A stretch of DNA of 64,000 nucleotides from positions 3,658,001 through 3,722,000 of the forward strand of contig CM035350.1 in assembly GCA_020137815.1 (NCBI GenBank), written 5' to 3'. Of the stretch, positions 12,964 to 26,177 are shown piece by piece (position 1 is the stretch's first letter; every line of letters starts with the position of its first letter). A model generated the notes under the pieces. It searched no databases and was not told the origin of the DNA. It saw only the letters and a list, made by a program, of their open reading frames with translations. Source of the stretch: Hormiphora californensis (Eukaryota; Animalia; Ctenophora). Position numbers and translations under genes: made by a program.

Positions 12964-14767
12964 TGGCAATTTCACGGCCTTGTAATATATATGACCAACG
13001 TTGGGTTTTATATTTGATAATTAGTAAAAGCACGTTTTGGCAAGTATGTTGCCAGTAATAGTATTTTATATAATCTAAATAATTGAGTACGGTACCATGA
13101 TAAATAGTTAGGTATTCCAAGTTCGAGTGATCAGTTCGAACGATGATCCCCATCTGGTGATAATATGTAGGCCTACCAAAATCCGAACTCAATTTAAGTT
13201 TTTGAGGTACCTCGGCATATTAAGCGCCTAAAAGATGCGTTATTCCAAATTCAAATTAAAGGTAACGTGCGTGTACAATAATTAAATGTATAGTAATTAA
13301 GTTTATAATAATTGAGCCTGTGTTGTGCAGTAATTAATGTATAATTATTTTATTTTAATCAGGTTTAATCAAGTATTGCTATGGTCAAGTTGCTATGGTC
13401 AAAGTATTGCTATGGTCTCTTATTTACGTCTTATTTTATTAGTTAGGCTCGATTTCTGCTGTTCTAATCTTCGCCTTATCCTATGTTGATTGGTGCGTAC
13501 GTCTTATTTTATTAGTTATGCACGAATTTCTGCTAGTCTAATCCTGTTTTAATTGATGCGTATGTTAATTTTATTAGTTATGCCCGAATTTCTGCTAGTC
13601 TAATCCTGTCTTATCCTGTTTTGATTGTACAAGAACTAGAAAAAGACCAGCGCGGCGGGGGGATGGTGTCACCAGGACCAATTCATACCAGCGTCCAACA
13701 AGAATTCACCCCAAGAGGAACACAATACAAGGATCTTTAACGAGGACCACACGTGAGTGGGACAAAGGTACCATACAAGGTACCAAGCTGAGAGAGGAGC
13801 ATATTAAGATATTTATGTTTTAAGTAGATTACAAACTTAAACTCAAAACTTCCCCCCTACAACAATTGTTCATAAATTGTAAAGAGGGAAGAGTGAGCAC
13901 GTTTATTAGTGATATATAAAACAAGTACGAATCTTAAATAATTCTAACCCTCGCCATAAAATAAACTGTAACAAACTGTAAAGAGGGAAGAGTTAGTAGA
14001 GATGCTACCGCTGTAAGAAGTTTAAAAAAAGTATAAACGACAATTGAAAACACCAAAAAAATCTAGAAAACAAAATTCTACCAACTCCAGAAAATTGGGT
14101 ACATAACTTACTTTAGAAAGGGCAGTTCATTAGAATGTCACTCCGGTAGTAAAGTCTCCGGGAGTGACGTGGGCCATGAAACAAACTTTGATACCTAGCC
14201 CCAGTGAAATAATCACTGGGCGCCACAGTACTCCAACGCTTTTTGTCCCAAAATCCCCGCAGTATTTTCTTGACCCGAGAGAAGTTAGTAGGGTCATTTG
14301 GGAGACACATCCAAGCAATGTGTGAGAGCACCCCCATAGACAAACACTGAGTCGAGAACTCCTGTTTGTCATAGAAAAGGTAATAGAAAAAGGTCGCCAT
14401 TCCTGACAGTTCGTAGCAAGTCAGTGTTCTCTTCATATCACACAACAAACTCGATAGAAAGCACATAGACTAGTAGAACAATGGGTGAACTATAAGAGCC
14501 ATTACGAGAGTTGTCAGAACACACGTGATAGACACTAGTTACCGAATAAAAAAATTGAAATTTTACTTGGTGTCTTCAAGTGTTGTAATACATACCGTAC
14601 GCAGAGAGCGCTGTTTGAAGTTGGAAGTATCTGTCACATTTCTTGAAGGGGGGGCGAGATGTACTATATGAGAAACTTGTTTTGTTAGATACATTTTTAG
14701 ATCTGCAAGATACAGACAGCTACTGCTAATCGACCATTATCACAGTTAGAGAGCACAGAGTTCAACG

Positions 14768-14910
14768 TACCGCATCTTACCATATTTTACCGCACCTCAC
14801 CGCATCTTACCATATCTTACCTCACCTTACCGCATCTTGCCATATCTTACCTCACCTTACCGCATCTTGCCATGTCTTACCGCACCTTACCGCATCTTAC
14901 TGCATCTTAC
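14768..14910. repeat. 10-bp minisatellite (CCGCATCTTA variants)
   Basis: Direct reading. Confidence 0.85.
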
Positions 14911-16110
14911 GGTAAACCATGGCAAACAGCTGATGCCATAAAAGGACAAGCTGAACGAGAGCTGTTTACTTCTAAGTTCACGAACTAACATTTGAGTTAT
15001 CTCAATCTTTGTTACCCAAACCTCTTGTTTACCTTTGACTACTACACCGACACAACGGATACCTAAACCTCAGCAAAACCCTTCATCGATAACATCCGCA
15101 CAACGACCATCCTCATCAACACTACCTTCTACGATCACTCCATATTACACGTTAGCATCCAGCGTCTTGACCAGGTACGTAACTGGGACTACCCTAGACG
15201 ACCAGCCAAATACCCACGACAAATCACACTACAATGTATTCAGTATTGTAAGATTCGCTGCACAACCCACCTGGTATCTTTTAAACCGAGATCAGAAATT
15301 TTCTGAAGAATCTGTGTTTGGCACATGGCTCCTTTAGAGTTGCTCAACACCTGAAACAACGGGTGGTATTTGGTTACATTTGGGGATTTACAGAGACTAC
15401 CTGGATCGGTTTATATTTCAATGTACCCTGTGTATAACGAAATCACTGTGAAACAAAACCAGTAACCTAATTAAACAATGAACCTATTTCAGACGCAAAG
15501 ACATTTACAGTTATCATTATAGGAAAGAGTAGAAAACGAAACAAAGAACTACAAACTCGGTAACGTATGTGGGGAATTACAGAGAGAAGAGTCGATAAAG
15601 ATATGATCCTATTTTCACTCACATTAATGAAAACCCCGATAGACATGTTATCTTCAGAAGTTCTGAAGATAACATGTATCTGAATCAGAACACAACAACT
15701 ATGAACTACAGTTAACTCTCTAAAAAGTCTCAAACAGTACTACACTCTCTTAAACAATACCACACTCTCTCAAACAGTACTCTTTTAAACTATACCACAC
15801 TCTCTCAAACTACTACACTATACTATACTCTCAAACTATACCACACTGAGTGTTTGAGAGAGAGAGAGTGTGGCACACTCTCTCTCAAGTACTACTCACG
15901 ATTTTAGTAGCGTCCAGCCAGGAGGTGTTGTGCCGTCTTTTCATGCCTGACCATTACTGCGTGGGTCCGTCGACATCTCACAATATCGTATCTCACATCA
16001 TAATGTCCTACAATACAGCACACATGTTTTGAGAGAGGGTAGAGCAAGGCATACACCGGTAAAGTATATAGAGCAGTGGTAGCAGTGAATTGAGTTTGTG
16101 AGGCGGTGAT

Positions 16111-16112
<2 letters not shown>

Positions 16113-16206
<94 letters not shown>

Positions 16207-16217
16207 ACGAGAGAGAA
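16113..16217. repeat. (GA)n microsatellite
   Basis: Direct reading. Confidence 0.95.
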
Positions 16218-16834
16218 AATAGATACCCAGCAAAGAGTAAAAGGGAGATAAACGCGAAAGCCGATTGGAGATAAATGTGTTACCGGTGTTACGCATGAAA
16301 AGATATTGAGCACTGTCGGTGAGTAAAAGGATGATGGCATAGAAGAATTTAGAGAACAAGCAGCCGCCGATTGCTCAGATGTACTATGAAGAAAAAATAT
16401 GCAAAAAGGGACCTGTCATTGATTCGTGACGCACTTATACAACGATAATTACCAAACGATAATTACCAAACTTAGAGATAAACACGTTACTAAAAACAGA
16501 GAAAGTGGGAAAATGGGGTGTAGATAGACGATAGAGCGAGAGAGGGAGAAAAACAGAGGGTACCGATGATGAGAGATGTAAAGAAAGATAGAGAGAGAGA
16601 GGGTGCCGGGAGAGCCGAGAGGGAGAGAGACAGAGGGTACAGTGATGTAAACTTTACATCCTCTGTACCTACTTGTAAAGACAGTGAAAAAGGCCGGACA
16701 TAGAAACAAATAGGATATCCTGGTAGTTAATAAAAAGTTGGCAATGAAACTCGAGTGAAAAGAATAAAAATTCTAAATCTGACATGAAAAGAAAGGGATA
16801 AAAAGGCAATTTCGATTAAGTGAAAAGAAAAGGC

Positions 16835-17890
16835 TCATTTAGTGCTCAGCTTTCTTTGTGATCTTATGGCGTCTTTGTGCCTTTTTCGGTAGCCCTGAGT
16901 CAATTGGGCTCTCTCTGCCACTAACTCAGACTCTATTTCCTCAAGAGTTTTAGTCCTAACGAAATTGCATGATGTAATGTCTTTAAAATCAGGGTTTTGG
17001 GTGTAAAAGAAGAAGGAGCCGAGTTGCAGTTTTGGTAGTTTTGATAACTGAAGAAGAGGGCATGTCCATTTGCTCTTCCTCATCGGATGAGTCGTGCTGT
17101 AACTCTGAAATCTGGACTACTTCAGCTTCACCAACTTTCTCTGCTGGCTCTGTGTCAAAGGAAAACCCAAATTTAAACCCAGACACTGGCGTTTCAGCCG
17201 GGGCAGTACTTCGCAAAGTCAGTTTTGAACCTCAAAATAGGTATTTTTGTCCACGGCCGGGGCTTCGGATACACGATTTTCTTCCGTTTCAACTTCCTCA
17301 GAGTTGTCATTCGTAACTCCATTATTCTCCTCAGTAGTTTTCTCTGTTCGGTCCACAACATACTTGGTATGTGTTTCGTCAGTAGGATCATACCTCACAA
17401 AGGCATCACATGTTTTATTGGTAGAAGGGTGGGGTTTCCTGGTGTTTAGTCCCAGTTGGTCTAGGATGCTGTCCATGAGATTGTATTGTTTGTCTCTTTC
17501 CTCCCTCAACTCCTTTACCTCCTCATCTCCCTCACTACCATCCTCACTATCACTTCCTGAATCCTCAAACCGGGTGTCCAATTTAAACCTGTCATCTCCG
17601 CCAATCTTGCTCTGAAGGTTCATCAGTTTCTCCCCGCGTTTACCGAGGAAGTGTGCCTTATCTGAGAATATGACTTCCTCGCCTTCTGATTCAACATCTT
17701 CCAAAATATCGGTTATTTTATTCTCCTCCTCTTCTGCTTCCGAGTCGGAAAACTTGGTGACTTTGTTGGTAGAACCAGCAACATCCTTCAGACACTTCTG
17801 TATAACAAGAGACTGCTGTGTTTGCTGCTTTTTCTTGTTCTTCAAAGCAGCAAGCCGTTTAGCATTGGAATCAGCAGTAAGCATTGACAT
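16835..17890 (-). CDS. NOL8: Nucleolar protein 8-like (C-terminal part), interrupted by two apparent frameshifts near 17220 and 17030
   Basis: Motifs FLGKRGEKLMNLQSKIGGDDRFKLDTRF, VRYDPTDETHTKY and FFF...FVRTKTLEEIE...YRKRHKDAIR match NOL8 as I recall it. They are spread over three ORFs (17219-18004, 16989-17216, 16835-17083). Confidence 0.8.
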
Positions 17891-19112
17891 AAAACTTAAA
17901 GAAAGGATGATCAGCATTATGATAATTGTTCTTCCTAGTACATTGAATTTTAGAATTAAATACATTATAATGCTTCTCATTGCATTACTATACGAGCTAT
18001 ACATGTGCTGGAAAACGAAGTTACATTTTGTAACAGATCAAGCCCAGTGTTTTCGAGCAGATCATGTTCTAAGCTGAGATTGGTCAAAAAATTGTAACGG
18101 GTAACGCAGAGATGTGAACATCAAGCAGAAGCCCCTTTTGACGATATAACCAACAAGTCGGTCTAACACATGGATCGTCTCTGTAGTATGCTGTTTAGGA
18201 ATGTCCGCTATATTGGGTGAAGTGGGTGGGTGGGGTGGGGCGGTGGGTAATATTGGACTAAAATGTAGCTGTTACTTTAACATGAGACTAGGCCAGGCCC
18301 GAGAGATAGTTCAGTGGTAACTGGGAGGTCATGTGTGATAGAAATGAGAACTAGAGACAGATTTGAGTTGCATTTTATTGAGGAAAATAGCCCATTTTGG
18401 CGTCTGAGACAAACGAAAGTGAAACGAATTACAATGCAACAAGAGAGTCCCGCTTTCTCGGTTGTTTAGAAATGATTACAATTTACATCAAAGATCATAT
18501 GTCGTAAAAGAGCCTTACATGGGATTAAGTGTCTGTTCAGAGAGATGTTATTCATTTATTAGCGCCTGGATAACGATGTCATGCTGCCCTCTTCGATACA
18601 AAACGGTGTAGTGAGGACCTCAACCATCGGAAATGTTTAGTGACAACGCGACGTCGAGAAAAGATTTCGGAAGAGGGATTGAGTGCCACGTATTCCGAGG
18701 ACCGACTGGCATCACTTTCCAACAGCCGAAGAGAAGCTGCCGAAGAGAGAAATGGGGTAACGTATTACACAATCAGACAGACTTTTAAAGCGACTTTGAC
18801 ACGCAACAACTTAGCCGATTACATGGTGACATGCACTGTTAGTAACATACTTTCTCAAGTTGTACATAACCCTATCAAAAGCCTATTAAATAACGGGTAG
18901 CACATGTGACCATTTAATGTTCAATGTTCACCCCCTGATTTTCGAAAAGTGTATTTCTGCAGTATCTCTGGTTCCTGATAAGATAGACTTCATTCCGAGT
19001 ACAGACCTTTCCAATGCTTCCGGCATGGAGTATGAAGTTTTCATTAGAAGTGTTAAAGGGGGCCGGAGGTGGTGAATAGTACGTAAAAAGGATTAAAAAG
19101 GGACACTGGCCC

Positions 19113-20307
19113 CTGGGCAGGAATCAGTGTGTAATGGTGGATGGAGTGAGGTCACCCTGGGCCGAGGTACTTAGTGGGGTTGCCCAGGGTAGTGTGCTCG
19201 GACCACTTCTTTTCCTCATATATATTCTTGACCTGGAGTCAGTGCTAGACGGTAGCATGTGTCTAACTTTTGCTGACGACACTAAGTTGGTAAAAGCTAT
19301 TTCGGATATGACTAGCCAGGCGTGCCTACAGAACGATCTTTTAAGAGTGGCAGAATGGGCAAAGAAGAACAATATGAAGTTACATGAGGATAAATTTCAG
19401 CTCTTGAGCTATAGTCTGAATAAGTCTGCTATCCTCAGACAGTTTCCTTTCGCAGCTGAAGTGTTTTCATATACTACAAGCTCAGGTGTGCAGTTGACCC
19501 CCGAACCTGATGTTCGTGATCTGGGTGTCCAGATGTCTGCAGATGGGTCATGGACGAGGCACATTGCTATCATAGTGCGGAAGGCTTCCCTCTTGAGTGG
19601 CTGGATATTCAGCGTTTTTCGGGACCGTTCTCCGGAGGTTATGGTACAGCTTTTCAAGTCCTTGGTCAGGCCTATTCTTGAGTACTGTTGCCTAGTCTGG
19701 AACCCTTCCAAGGCTGGTGATATCAAGGCTATTGAGAATGTCCAACGTTGTTTCACCAGACGTCTTGATGGTATGCAGGGTCATGACTATTGGGATAGAC
19801 TGAAATTGCTCAATCTTATGTCCCTTCAGCGTCGGAGACAGCGCTACATTCTGATTCATGTGTGGAAGACGATTCATGGTTTTGTACCTAACTCTGCCAA
19901 CCTAGTATTTCAACAGCACGCTAGACTGGGTATGCGGATAGTCCCACCACCTTACCCCTATAGAGCAGAAACGAAACGAGCTAATCAATTTCACTGCTCA
20001 TTTGGTCCAAGAGCAGCTCATTTATGGAACACTCTACCTGCTGCTGTCAATTCTTGTGTGAGCTTGAATCAGTTCAAATCATCATTGGGCAATTACTTGA
20101 CAGGATTCCACGATCGTCCTCCAGTCAGAGGGTACCCGCCACTTCCAAATGACCTTTCGCCTCAATGTGCTGTGCTGTGCTGATGAGTGTGAGTGTGAAG
20201 GGATAGTTTTTCAACTTGATTTTATTTAGGTGGACCCATTCAGGGAAGGCCTGTTTCTTTATAAATAAAACTTTAATTGTAAACTTGTAAACTTGTAACT
20301 TGTAAAC
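19113..20307 (+). mobile_element. 5'-truncated CR1/L2-clade non-LTR retrotransposon; RT C-terminal ORF 19134-20183
   Basis: SGVAQGSVLGPLLFLIYI and FADDTK RT motifs; VRDLGV, SLVRPILEY, LWNTLP; 3' tandem tail (AAACTTGT)n at about 20276-20307. Confidence 0.93.
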
Positions 20308-21338
20308 TCTTTATCACCAAAATCAATAAATTTTTTACAATACTAGGCAATCAGATTTCAACTTTGCCTCCCTTGGAGCCCCCTCTTCCTACTTTTAGCT
20401 ATTAAAAAGTAAAATCGAGCGAAAATTAAATAGAGGGACACCTTTTTTTAAACAGCGAGGTGTTTTTCTGTTTCGAGTTTGTTCGGATCGCGAAGAATTA
20501 AAAAAAAATCGTGATCTGAGATTTCAAAGCGCGGCGCGTAGAATACTACACATTTTCGCGCCGTACTTTCGATGCGCGGTAAATAAGTATGGCGCGTGGC
20601 AAGTATAAAACTTTGCTTTTTGTTTAAAAAAAGCAAAATTTTTGTTAGTTCAGTTTATTAAAAAACGCGTGAGGACGTTCCTAATGGAGGCGAGACACTG
20701 TGTTGAGACGCGCATAATGCGACGCGCATGCGACGCGCATTTTGGCATTGCGACGCGCACCCTGTTTTGAATTTCGAGTGAACCTGCCAAAAAAGTTGAA
20801 AAAAATTTTGTCTCCAAAAGTTTCAAAATCGTTTTTGTTTGACTTACGGCATGCTTGTGATCGAAAATAAGTGTATTTAAGCCTACCCAGTTGGAGTAAA
20901 CCCCTTTTATTGTCAAATTTTGACTTTTTTGGCAATAACTGTTAGGCTCGTTGGGAAGATAGTATCGAGGACTTTCCAATTACTAAACGGTCAATAAAGT
21001 CAGGGCTAAATCTCTGAGGCCGTGTTTAAAAAAGGCGTGTTTCGAAGCTTTCTATGTAATTTCTTCGCCATTGTAGCGCTGATTTTGATGTCCTGAGCTG
21101 TAGTCAAGCTTTCAATTTGAAATGATTTACCAGCGTGCTCAAGGGAATTGAATAAACCAAAACCCAAATATATTTTCGTCATCCAGTACATGTGTCCTTA
21201 TTGGTAAAATATTTCTGTGAATCATCTGGCACGAAATAAACCTGAGATTTGTTCATGTTGATAGCAAGTGATCAATGTTACGAGAATAACAGAAATGTAT
21301 CAGGATTTACTGCAGATTAGTTTGTAGGTATGTTAACT

Positions 21339-21616
21339 GTGGTGGCAGGGTGGTGTAGTGGCCAGTGCACTCGCCTTCCATGCGCTAGGTCACAGGTTCG
21401 GGCATGGACTAGCACAATGCCACCTAGACCGCCAAGCTATGATTGGTAGAGGCTCTTTCGAGAGTTTCGCAAAGACGGTGCACATCTAACCAATAAGGTT
21501 GCCTGCTTGGGGTGGCGCTCGAGCTATGCTGCAGAGATATCTGTACCAAAAGTGGACCGTCGCTGAACGCCATTCGTAATAGGAGATCAGCACCACGGCA
21601 TCGTTCCGACCTACTT
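21339..21616 (+). mobile_element. tRNA-derived SINE
   Basis: Head GGCAGGGTGGTGTAGTGG (A box)...GGTTCG (partial B box); 10-bp TSD TATGTTAACT at 21329-21338 and 22414-22423 (the right copy is displaced by the MULE insertion). Confidence 0.65.
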
Positions 21617-21622
21617 TATGTT

Positions 21623-22410
21623 GGCAATTTCTGATTTGCCGCATACGGCGTCTAGACGGCGTCTGGACGGGTTTCGGTGAAATCAGCTAAAAAAGGTACC
21701 GAAATTGCTTGAGACGGGTTATAGACGGTATCAGACGGTCTCTAGACGGGTTATAGACGGTATCAGACGGTGTTGCGACGGTATCAGACGGTCTCTAGAC
21801 GGTGTCTAGACGGTACCGTCCCGGCGTCTGGACGGCGTCTGGACGGTGTCTAGACGGTATCCGTCCGAAGTTGAGACGGCACGTCTGAAAATTGTACCAG
21901 ACGTTGAGACGGACTTTTAGAACTCCGTCTGTATTTCAGACGGAGTTTTAAAAGTACGTCTCATTGCAGTCTAAAGGAAAATCGATGAAAGTACCGTCTA
22001 GACAACGTCTCAACTGAAACCGGTCAACATACCGTCTAAACAACGTCTAGACAACGTCTAAACAGAATCTCGCGATTCAGTTTCAAATACCGTCTAGACA
22101 ACTTCTCCAGCAATTTCGATACGAATACCGTCTAGACACCGTCCAGACGCCGTCCAGACGCCGGGACGGTACCGTCTAGAGACCGTCTGATACCGTCTAG
22201 AGACCGTCTGATACCGTCGCAACACCGTCTGATACCGTCTATAACCCGTCTAGAGACCGTCTGATACCGTCTATAACCCGTCTCAAGCAATTTCGGTACC
22301 GTTTTTAGCTGATTTCACCGAAACCCGTCCAGACGGTATACCGTCTAGACGCCGTCTAGACGGCGTTGCGACGCCGTCTAGACGCCGTATGCGGCAAATC
22401 AGAAATTGCC
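21623..22410. mobile_element. Foldback/MULE-like non-autonomous element with long modular TIRs built of CGTCTAGAC repeats
   Basis: TIR GGCAATTTCTGATTTGCCGCATACGGCGTCTAGACGGCG; perfect 9-bp TSD CTTTATGTT (21614-21622, 22411-22419). Confidence 0.9.
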
Positions 22411-23097
22411 CTTTATGTTAACTTTATTGAAGGCGTTGCCATGGTTAATTAGTAAGGAGGGTTTTCATAGTTCTTATTGCATAATTCTCATACAATACAC
22501 ATATCTATTATCTGCCTTCTCATTCAGCAGAAACACAGAACGGGATGAAGCAATAAAGAACAATTGTTGATGAGTCAAGCAGGGATTGCTAACTGCTAAG
22601 TTATCTTCTTTTGTTATTCTGGTACGGAACCTGTGACAGGTAATGTGATATTTCAAAATTTCAAACTTATCTATCTGTGGTATGCTTGGTAACGCAATTA
22701 CCTATATACCTTGCGGGCACGCTAAAACTTGCTTTACTATCGCAATATACTGTAGAGGGGTAATTTCGTTACCAAGTGGTATGCCATGAACCCAGAACCA
22801 TCCATGTTCATTCCAGCACACATCACAAATTGGGATGGAATGGTAGTGATGGGTTGGGTTGTCTTTGGCCTTGTTTATGGGTGGTCGTGTTCCTGGTTCC
22901 GGTCGGGATGGGCTCTCTGTCTTGGCGGGGGTCGGGGTCTTCCCTTTCCCTTGGGCGAGGGATTGGGCTGTGTGCGTGTTGTGCGGCTAATGACCGCGGA
23001 CGTGAGGCTGTCTCCCATTATGGGGGTAAATTCAACGCCAGAGAACTAGTCTCCCTCAATTATGGCAACCGAGGGCCTCTGCCTTGTACGCATTCCT

Positions 23098-23196
23098 GTG
23101 TGAGGGAGGGATAGAATGCGGTGTGAGGGAGGGATAGAATGCGGTGTGAGGGAGGGATAGAATACGGTGTGAGGAAGGGATAGAATGCGGTGTGAG
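23098..23196. repeat. Minisatellite, about 4 x 23 bp (GTGTGAGGGAGGGATAGAATGCG)
   Basis: Direct reading. Confidence 0.9.
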
Positions 23197-23274
23197 ACAA
23201 GACAAGAAAAAGGAACACCCTGTTGACACGGGAAAATGCATCATCCAACTCTACCGCCTGCAAGACAAAAATGA

Positions 23275-23645
23275 GGTAAGCGGTAAAGGTTGACCCGTCT
23301 CCTGAGAATTTTATTTTTCTTTGGCCATAACTCAGCCATTTCTTGACCAATTTGCAAAATATTGGGCTCGTTGGAAAGAGGACATTGAGCTCTTTCAGAT
23401 GAGCCCAAGAAAATCCAAATCGGCGCAAATTGCGCGGCTTTGCGCGGCGTAATGGCGCAAAATGCGCGTTTTCGCCACTACGCCGCGCAATTTGCGCCAA
23501 TTTTCATTTCATTGAGCTCATTTTAAAGATCTCAATGCCCTCTTTCCAATGAGCCAAAGATTTTGCAAATTGGTCAAGAAATGGCTGAGTTATGGCCAAA
23601 ACAGTTTTAAATTCTCAGGAGACGGGTCAACCTTTACCGCTTACC
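23275..23645. mobile_element. MULE-like MITE
   Basis: TIRs over 100 bp starting GGTAAGCGGTAAAGGTTGACCCGTCTCCTGAGAATTT; perfect 9-bp TSD CAAAAATGA. Confidence 0.9.
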
Positions 23646-23657
23646 CAAAAATGATTA

Positions 23658-23745
23658 CAGTCAGACCCCGATTTACGAGGTTGTACCCCGATTTTCCGGG
23701 CAAAACCATTTCCTCCGAGCATCCCGGTAAATCGGGGTCCGACTG
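23658..23745. mobile_element. pogo/Tigger-like MITE with TA TSD; related copy at 36195-36317
   Basis: TA-CAGTCAGACCCCGATTTAC...GTAAATCGGGGTCCGACTG-TA. Confidence 0.85.
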
Positions 23746-24515
23746 TACTAAAACTAGTAAAAGTCACAGAAATTTAAAGAAACTCTCCCGATCTCTGTCT
23801 GGCCCGATTTGATTCTCAATCGACGCAGTGCGCTCAGATGGGGTCTGCATGGCGCCAGACAGCTCGATCTTGGTGACATAGATCACACCTGGCGCGACCC
23901 CTGTACCAGGTGTCTATGTTGACACTTGATAATGGTATCTTCTTAATAATATCCATCTCTCAATCTTTATAGAGTTTCAGGGATGATTGGGAATTTGAAT
24001 TTTACAATTAAACTTCACAGAAAACTTAGAAATGTTTTTCCACGTTAAATCCAACGACCAAAGCAACAAAAAAAACGACCGGTATATCAGATCGAATATA
24101 TACGCTCATACTGCACTATTGACGTTAAGACACATCTTTGACCAACAACACGTGACGGAATCTTGAGAACATCCCCGATCAATATACAGTCACACACATA
24201 CATAACATACTTACACACAAACATTGTATGTTTAGAGGGATGAATAAGGATGAATAGCTGTCCCTATTTATACTTTATAGACATTAAATAAAGAATTCCT
24301 TGACATGTTCCCAGTCTGCCCGCTCTCACACCGGGTCCGAAATTCATATCTGAGTTGATTAGTTAATGATCCCAATTTAGTTATATTGAGTAAGTTTTAT
24401 TTAGTTATATGTATGGAAATTTATTTATCGATTATAGCGCTCCTACTTTTACCGATTTACTGGTGCAATCATAATTTAAAAAATTATATGATTGTGAAGT
24501 GTTATTTTTATTTAC

Positions 24516-25828
24516 CAATTTTATCACACTGAGGTACATCAGTTGACCATGATCCATCATCCTGACAAGTCAGTGTTGCACTTCCCACTAGGATATGGTT
24601 GGCAGCACATTCAATAGTGGCAGATGTTCCTGTTGGTGAGGCAGCCCAGCTTCCTTGTGTTGATCCCTCAACAGTAAAGGCAGGACACTCAACTGGTTCT
24701 AAATTAAAATAGTAATTAGTAATTGGCGTGAGAAGTATAACACGTTGTAGCTCATTGTCAGGGGTTGCGGGAGGTTTTTTTTCAGGGGGACGTGGACGAT
24801 CGAATATTATTGCGATGACCTTTTTTGCAAGCAAAGTATACTCGATACGTGCAGTAGGGGGTTTCCAGACCACAGTCAGACACTAACGAATATAACTTAA
24901 TTTTGTTTTAAATGGAACAATGATATTGTCGAATGAAAAATACAATTTGTAGGAGACACACTGAAGTTGGGTGCGCTCGTTGAGATCTCAACCGCGTGAC
25001 ACACACTAAAGTTCGAAGTTTTGCGAAAAACCATTTTTGGCTGAGAAATCATTTGCATGAGGCTAATGTCTTTTATACTGGTCCATCGAGGTGTCATTTA
25101 TCCATATAATAATACATAATACTGGTGAACTGTGACCGAGTTAGTGTGTGTGTCACAACGAGCGCCCCCAACTTCAGTGTGCCTCCTCAGCGCCCTGATA
25201 CAAAATTACCCTTACCTGCTCTGTAGAAGTCAGATGCTGTGTCTAAATTACCGGCAGAAAACTCGATCTGCTCCACATCACCGCCCAACATTGGAACACA
25301 TTCGCCCATTGAACTATCTGTGAACAAGTAATTCAGCACCTCCACATTGTTACATGCAATGATAATGGCGGTCTCTGTTTTGGTGATTGTCCAGATTTTA
25401 TCCACCTCCACCGGGGGTTGCACTGACAGGTCTGTGTAGCTGCTGTTGCAGTAGCCTATCCAAAACTGCATTGGGGAGGAGAACTTCACTAACACATAAG
25501 TGACCCAGTTGTAGTCCTTTTTGAACATCGTCGTATAGATCACCTCATCACTGCCCAGAGGAGAGTCCGTCTTTATCTGGAGAGGTGTTCCCTCCAGGTC
25601 CCAGGGTATAATCCTCACACCCCGCTGTACAGCTATCCAGTCTAAAAAAACAACAGACATATTTTAACTCTACATAAAACTATGTTCTTATGGAACAATA
25701 CTGTACAGCTGACCACTAAAAATACACAATTTAAATATATAATACTTTATCCAGTAAATCTTTGACCAACCTGCAGTGAGAACAACTGTTCCACACAATG
25801 CAGCTGTGAAGAGAAGTAGACGTATCAT
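24516..25828 (-). CDS. Small secreted protein: signal peptide, WDLEGTPLQIKTDS beta-rich domain, sushi/CCP domain (exons 25771-25828, 25216-25641, 24516-24698; 3' end uncertain)
   Basis: MIRLLLFTAALCGTVVLTA signal; phase-1 GT-AG introns; sushi CPAF...ATIECAANHILVGSATLTCQDDGSWSTDVPQC. Confidence 0.8.
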
Positions 25829-25900
25829 TTCAACACGCACGTTGTACATACAAACCACTATTATACATGGAAGGTTTTACAAACATAAACAAGGTTATAA

Positions 25901-26177
25901 GGGTCACCACACACCAAAGTTAAAATTAAAATTAAAATTTTGATTTTAAACCCGCACACACCAGCGGCCGTTAAAATTTCTCTCCCCCATTCTAAAAGTA
26001 ACAATCTCGCGCGCGATTTTAACGGCGTGTTAAAATTTTATCATCCAACGCGACCGTCAAAATCGTGCGTGAGACTGTTACTTTTAGAATGGGGAGAAAC
26101 ATTTTAACGGCCGCTGGTGTGTGTGGGTTTAAAATCAAAATTTTAATTTTAATTTTAACTTCGGTGTGTGGTGACCC
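25901..26177. mobile_element. PIF/Harbinger (Tourist-like) MITE
   Basis: Near-complete hairpin; TIR GGGTCACCACACACC; TAA TSD on both sides. Confidence 0.88.

Noticed and set aside
14701-15337. Plus-strand exon-like segments
   Set aside because: Could not be assembled into one phase-consistent ORF or assigned to a family.
16290-16330. LTDSAQYL as the GNAS LIDCAQYFL exon
   Set aside because: Flanking residues and splice phase do not match; likely chance.
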